Assembly: GCA_013265495.1 (NCBI GenBank)
Contig: MU058198.1
Span: 6,711,779 to 6,775,778, forward strand
Length of the DNA: 64,000 nt
Source: Vicugna vicugna
Taxonomy: Eukaryota
Reading direction: 5' to 3'
Shown here: positions 49,653 to 64,000 of the stretch, piece by piece
Numbering within the stretch: position 1 is the stretch's first letter
How the letters are laid out: each line of letters begins with the position of its first letter
The notes under the pieces: model-generated
Databases searched by the model: none
What the model was told of the DNA's origin: nothing
What the model saw: the letters and a program-made list of their open reading frames with translations, nothing else
Program-made: the position numbers and the translations under genes

Positions 49653-50991
49653 AAAATTAAAAACTTTTGTGCATCAAATGACACCACCAAGAAAGTAAAA
49701 AAGACAATACATGGAGTGGGAGAAAATATTTGAAAAGTATGTATCTTTGACAAAGGGCTTTACCTAGAATATATAAAGAACTCTTATAACTCAAAAAATT
49801 AAAGGTGAATAATCCAATTTTTAAAAATTGGATTGGAAACTTAAAAATTAAATAATCCAATTTAAACTCGGGCAAAGGATCTGAGTAGGTATTTTTCTAG
49901 AAAGAAATCCAAATGGCCAACAAGCACATGAAAAGATATTCAAAATCATTAGCCATCAGGGAAATGCAAGTCAAAACCGTAATGAACTACCACTTCACAC
50001 CCACTCGATGGCTAAAATAAAATAAAAACCAAAACCAAACAAACCAAATAGGAAAACACCAAGTACTATTGAGGTTTAGAATTAGAACTCCCATGCACTG
50101 CTGGTGGAATGTGAAATGGTACAGACACTCTGGAAAACAGCCTGGTGGCTCCTCAAGGATTAAATGTAGAATTACCAAATGATCCAGCAAATCTACTCCT
50201 AGATATTATCCAAGAGAAATGAAAACATATGTCCACACAAGAACCTGACACAAACATTTATAGCAGCATTGTTCCTAACAGCAAAAAAAAAAAGGAAATA
50301 ACCCAAATGTCCATCAATTGATGAATATATAAAGAAAATGTTGCATATCCATATAATGGAATAATATTCAACCATAAAAAAGAATTAAGTGCTACAACAT
50401 GGATGAACCTTAAAAATATATGCTAAGTGAATGGTTATAGCCAGTGCTGAAGAGGGTACTTTGAAACACACAACTGCAGCATGTAAACTGGTAAAACAAA
50501 AAATCTTTCAGAAAACAGTGTGGTGACATATCAACAACCTAAAAACATGCTCATTTCTACAAATTTCATTTTTGAGACTTTATTCTAAAGAAATACTCTT
50601 GTGTATAGAAAATACCTGAAGCACAAAGGGTTATTTTTAATAATAATAATAATAAATGGAAAAAAGCTAAATGGCCAGCATTAATAGAATGACTAAATAA
50701 ATTGTAAGGAGCCATTGTGATGGAATGTTGTGCACCCATCAAAATGAAACCTATTTTTGTATCCACAGCAAAAAAGTTCCTGGCCTGAAAAACAACATAT
50801 TCACATGTTGGTTGAAACCAAAAGGGAAAAAAAGACGCCCATAAAGAATTTTTTTTTAAGGAAAATCATATTTTAGTGGTTCTCAAAGTATAGTCCTGAG
50901 AACAGCAGTATTTGTATCACTGGGAGATATGATAGAAATATGTGTTCCTGGCCCACATCAGAGCTCCTGGGTATGGACCCAGCAATCTGTA

Positions 50992-52000
50992 TGTTCCCCC
51001 AGTTTTGAGAAATAGTTGACATACATCACTATGTAAGTTTAAGGTATATAGAAGATGGTTTGATTTATTGTGAAATGATTATCACAGTAGTTCAGCTAAT
51101 AGATACAATAAAAAGAAAAATAGGAAAAAAATTTTCTCCTTGTGATGAGAACTCTTAGGACCTAGTCTCTTAACAGTTCTTCTATACATTGTGCAGCAGT
51201 GTCAGCTACAGTCATTGTGTTGTACATTACATGCCTGGCACACACTTGTAACTGGAAGTTTGCACTTTTTGATCACCTTCCTCCAATTTCACTTCCCCCT
51301 ACTCTCTGCCTCTGATAACCCCAAGTCTGGTCTCTTTTTCTGAGTTTTTAAAAAAAATTCTACATATAGGTGAAATCATACAGTATTTGTCTTTCTCTGT
51401 CTGGCTTATTTCACTTAGCGTAATGCCTTCAAGATCCATCCATGTGGTTGTAAATGGTAGGATTTCCTTGTTTTTAATGGCTGAATTATATTCCATTGTA
51501 TATATATGCCACAACTTCTTTAGCCATTCATCCATCAATGGACACTGGGGTTATTTCCATGTCTTTGCTATTGTAAACAGCCAAAGGGGGTTGCAGATAT
51601 TTTTTCAAGTTAGTATTTCATTTCCTTTGGATATAGTCCCTGAGTGGAATTACTGCATCTTGTGGTAATTATACTGTTAATATTTTTAGATTTTTCATAC
51701 TTTTTTCCATAGTGGCTGTGCCAATTTACAATCTCACTAGTGCTCAAGGGTTCGCCAGCATTTGTTATTACTGGTCTTTTTGATGATGGCCATTCTATGA
51801 GGCTAAGGTGATCTCATTCTGGTTTTGATTTGCATTTCCCTAATGATTAGTGACGTGAAGTATCTTTTCAAGTAACTGTTGACCTTTTATATATCTTATT
51901 TGGAGAAATATCTCTCCAAGTCTTTTGCCCATTTTTAAATTGGATTTTCTGCTTTTTTTGCGATTGGGTTGTATGATTTCTTTATATATTTTGGATATTA
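50992..52000 (-). mobile_element. 5'-truncated L1 with 15-bp TSD, inserted in a MER5-like element
   Basis: ACCCAGCAATCTGTA at 50977-50991 and 52001-52015; ORF2 C-terminal remnant WLKKLWHIYTMEY...WMDLEGITLSEISQ. Confidence 0.85.
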
Positions 52001-52338
52001 ACCCAGCAATCTGTACTTTAACATGCCCTCTGGTGCACATGCCAATAGCTATGTATTTATTTTAACATGTAGTAGAAAAATACATGTTAACTAGCTTTCC
52101 AAACTCATGATTTCAATAGTAACATTATTTACCTTTAAAATAACTGAGTATTATTAAAAGTTAGTTACTTGAGAGAGAAATATTAATAAGAGTACCGTTA
52201 TGCACAGATATAGCAAATATGGTAGAGATGGTAACAGTGAATTACGGGAAACACTGCTAAGCCAACCTCAGTTACTTTAAAATAGATAATGTTTTATGTG
52301 TTTTACTGTATATAAATTGTACTTTTAAAAAAGGACTG

Positions 52339-52466
52339 TGGGAGGAAGGGTCTAGCTCAGTGGTAGAGTGTGTGCTTAGCATGAGGGGGTCCTGGGTTCA
52401 ATCCCCAGTATCTCCGTTTAAAAAAAAACCTAATCCCTTCTCTCCCTAAAAAACAAAACAATTAAA
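52339..52466 (+). mobile_element. Vic-1-like SINE
   Basis: TAGCTCAGTGGTAGAG...GGGTTCAATCCCCAGTA; TSD-like AAAGGACTGT / AAAAGACCGT. Confidence 0.85.
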
Positions 52467-52931
52467 AAAAAAAAGACCGTAAAAGAAGAGTGGACTCTAG
52501 TTTTAAATGTGAATGCTGAAGCATTTAGAGGGAGGTATATTGCACTCAGCCTCTTATTTTGAAATCATCACAAAAACAAATTGAACTAATTAAAGGATAG
52601 ATTTGCGTGGAAGGTTGGATACATGACAAGGAAACTATAGCAAAACATTCACTGTAGAACCCAGGTGGTGTGGTACACCACTACACACTGGGCAAGCTCC
52701 TTTGACTTCTCTGTAGGTTTGGAAACTTACATGTTGGGGAAAAATGTATACAGATTGTCCCACACAGTGAGTGAATTAATTAATAAACAAAACCTCAAAG
52801 ACTAGACAGAATTAGCTGAAATGCTTTCTTCACACTATCCTGGACACATTCCAAAGTGGGCATATTGCTTTTATAATAGAAAAAGTTTTTACAGAGAAAA
52901 AAGACACAAGAGTCCGTTGATAAAATATGCA

Positions 52932-52937
52932 TTTATT
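52932..52937 (-). terminator. CLN3 poly(A) signal (AATAAA)
   Basis: AATAAA on the minus strand about 240 nt after the stop, with T/GT-rich sequence downstream. Confidence 0.7.
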
Positions 52938-53175
52938 CCAAGAGCATAATGCCAAGAGGAAACTCCTAGGGACCATCTTGGGAGTGGGGGAAAACTGTTG
53001 CACCCCCATCAAAGGGGCCTCAGCACTTTTCTATATCCCAACCATGCAGGGATGTCTAGGGGCAGAACTCCTGGATGGGTTCTGGGCTGTGTGTCTGGGG
53101 TCAGTTCGACCTGCCCGCCTGTTAGTGTTGGCCCAGGTCAGTGTGTCCTTTGTCCTGTCCCAAGGAGCCAGAGTA

Positions 53176-61758
<8,583 letters not shown>

Positions 61759-62064
61759 GGCAGCAAGTTTAGATCTCCCGAGGGATCCAAAGTCAGTGAG
61801 AGTTCCGAGTTGGCTCCGATGGGGCTGATGAGGGTCTGCGAAAGGTGAGAAGGATCAACGCCCCATTGCCGGTCCTAGCTCCGGCTTCTGCGCTGCACTC
61901 GCGCACGCCAAGCCACCACCACCCTAACCCCGGGCTCCATCTCGCGCCCTCTCAAGTCCCAACAAGCCCCACCCGTCGGACTCTGCCCCCGCTCCCTCTA
62001 GAGCAGGGGGCCCTGCAGCCTGTACCTTTAAGAGCAACTCACCATTCCGCACACTGGAATGACG

Positions 62065-62126
62065 AGTCACGTGACTGTACCGGTGGGTCCCTCATCACGT
62101 GTTAGGAAGGTTCTCACCACTTCCGG
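62065..62126. promoter_or_regulatory. CLN3 promoter: CLEAR element, second E-box and ETS site
   Basis: AGTCACGTGACT perfect palindrome at 62065-62076 (contains CLEAR consensus GTCACGTGAC); TCACGTG at 62095-62101; ACTTCCGG at 62119-62126. Confidence 0.85.
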
Positions 62127-62505
62127 GTCTTCGCTCTGTTTTCCCTTTAGGCATTCCCAGCTTCGAGGCGTGGGATAGGGAGAGGCCGGGAGAACCCTGA
62201 AAGTCCTGGATTAAAACTGGGGTGGGTGGGATCAGCAAAAAGTGCCATGACGTTAGTTAGCGGCGTCCAAGGCCGAGACCGTATTGTGCCAGCACTAATC
62301 ATGGCTGTGAGAGTCTTTAGCTCCTCTTGCAACTTACGATTGCCAGAAACAAATATGGCCACCTGGTTGCTCATTTCAGACCGGACTGTTTCTTGACTGG
62401 GAACAAAGACGGCCAGCTTGAGGTCGTTCTTATTTCCATCTGTTGCCTTTAGATTGTTTTAGAAACTGAAAATAAAGGTAACACCCATCTAAAAAGATTT
62501 CATCA

Positions 62506-62597
62506 CGACATTGTAAAATTATTATAAATCAGTAAAAAAAGTTAAAAATTGTAAAATTATTATAAATCAATAAAAATTGTTTCAAAAATAAATAAAA
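62506..62597 (+). mobile_element. Ultra-short L1 3'-end insertion with 16-bp TSD
   Basis: TAAAAAGATTTCATCA at 62490-62505 and 62598-62613. Confidence 0.75.
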
Positions 62598-63904
62598 TAA
62601 AAAGATTTCATCAATTACCTTTTGGCACTATCTGAGGTGGTTAGGAGATCCCCTTTCCCAAATTATCTTAGAACCAAAGTAGTCCATTCCTGGTTTTACA
62701 GGTGAGAAAACAATAATAAGAAGATACTGATGATCATACAACTTTAGCTCTAAAGGTGACCTTAGAGACCCTTTCAGCATTAAGAAATACAGCACCAGAG
62801 GCTGGGTTGCTGGCTGAGCTGGCTGCTGCAGGATTCCTGCTTGCATCAAGGATGCTTAGACCAGGTGATTCTAAAAGCCCAGGATTCTGATTCTGTGTTC
62901 TCATCTAGTTCCTCTAATTGGACACTTGGAAAGTGGGGCTCAGGGAGGGGACCAGGAGAGGAGGTGTAGATCAAGGTCACTTCACATAGTCCCAAATAAG
63001 GAACAGTTATTCTCTTACCTTTCTCTACGTGGTAAAGCAGCATCCTGAATTTTCTTCATCACGTTCTTTGCCTGCTAATCTCTCCTGTGGGGTTCCATCA
63101 GTTGGTGCCCACCTTTCCCAGGTCCTTCTCACCACCAGTCCCTCAGACTGCTGTTTGAAATGTACCCCCCTTTTGTCTGTTTCCAGGGTCACTCAACCAA
63201 TGAAAAATGGGATCCTATTACCCATGCAGGGCTCTAGAAATTCAGCAACATGTCATACATGGCCTCCACCTTCAAGGAACTCAAGGAAGGTGGGAGGCAG
63301 ACATGAATAACCACAATACAAAGCTTAGCCAAGTTTTGTTTCACAAGAATGACTACAGATGAGGGAATGCACGTTGGAACCACCAATCCAGCCCCTTCTT
63401 CCTCTTGGGGAAGCATTAATGACCCTGAAACGAGAAGCCAGAGCTCTTACCAGCCCCCTCCTCACTCCTACTCCTTGTCGCCAGGCAAAACAGGAACCAC
63501 AAACCCCAGCTTCCTCTCACAGAGAGGCTGTGGCTTTAGGGGGAGACGGAAATGGCTGAGGTGTAAATATAAGACCTGAGTCACTTAAGCTGCAGTTCCC
63601 ACATTCTCCTCCCCCCTCCCCAATTCTGAGGTCTCCTGCTCCCACTTTTTTCTTTCAGTCCTGCTCCCTTGTCCTTTAGCTCCAAATATGCACCTGAGCC
63701 CCCTATGTGACATACACTCATTTTCCAGCCTGGGCTGGAAGCAGCTGTGGGCATTGCAGAAGGTGGGCAGGGCTTGGGGTGGGGATGTGTCAGGGAGAGT
63801 CAGGGGAAGAGGAAGTGTCTTGGGTCCTGGGGAAGACTGACTTGTCTTGGTGGGTGGAGACGGTCATTGTCAGTTTTCTGGACACATAGACAGAGACAGA
63901 CAGG

Positions 63905-63961
63905 ATGGAGTTCCTCCGACTACATCTCCCTGGGCTGCATCAGGCCTTGAGGGGGGCACTG
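63905..63961 (+). CDS. APOBR: Apolipoprotein B receptor, first coding exon (gene continues beyond the window)
   Basis: AGGATGG MEFLRLHLPGLHQALRGAL|gtgagc resembles the APOBR N-terminus; divergent from CLN3 as expected from synteny. Confidence 0.85.
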
Positions 63962-64000
63962 GTGAGCGGGGCAAATGAATGCCAAAGACTTCCACCCTGC

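Larger units (their letters stand above)
46330..50430 (+). mobile_element. L1 ORF2/3' UTR remnant with nested SINEs, LTR and L1 fragments
   Basis: AAAAGCCCAGATCCAGATGGCTTCACT, CTTCCCAACTCATTCTATGAGG, AAGATGGCAATACT...ATTGATCTACAGATT motifs. Confidence 0.85.

Overview
Mammalian genomic DNA, most likely from a camelid (many tRNA-derived Vic-1-like SINEs; I recognised no Alu, B1, Bov-tA, PRE-1 or CanSINE). Three spliced genes lie on the minus strand: the 5' part of ATXN2L (coding exons 1-15, running off the left edge), complete EIF3C (20 coding exons, 2742 nt, 913 aa) and complete CLN3 (15 coding exons, 1317 nt, 438 aa). The first coding exon of APOBR lies on the plus strand at the right edge. 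I read all coding-exon boundaries by hand; they are GT-AG with consistent phases. The rest is mostly L1, L2, MIR, DNA-transposon relics, solo LTRs and a decayed ERV-L gag-pro segment. Repeat family names are from memory of consensus sequences, not from a search. The least-explained features are: a degenerate array of TTGAG...CTCAA-bounded units at about 22.0-22.5 kb, an AT-rich non-repeat island in a CLN3 intron, a triple-CCAAT/NRF1 promoter-like module in ATXN2L intron 1, and ultra-short L1 3'-end insertions carrying a duplicated terminus. I cannot claim a new biological system; these are candidates to test.
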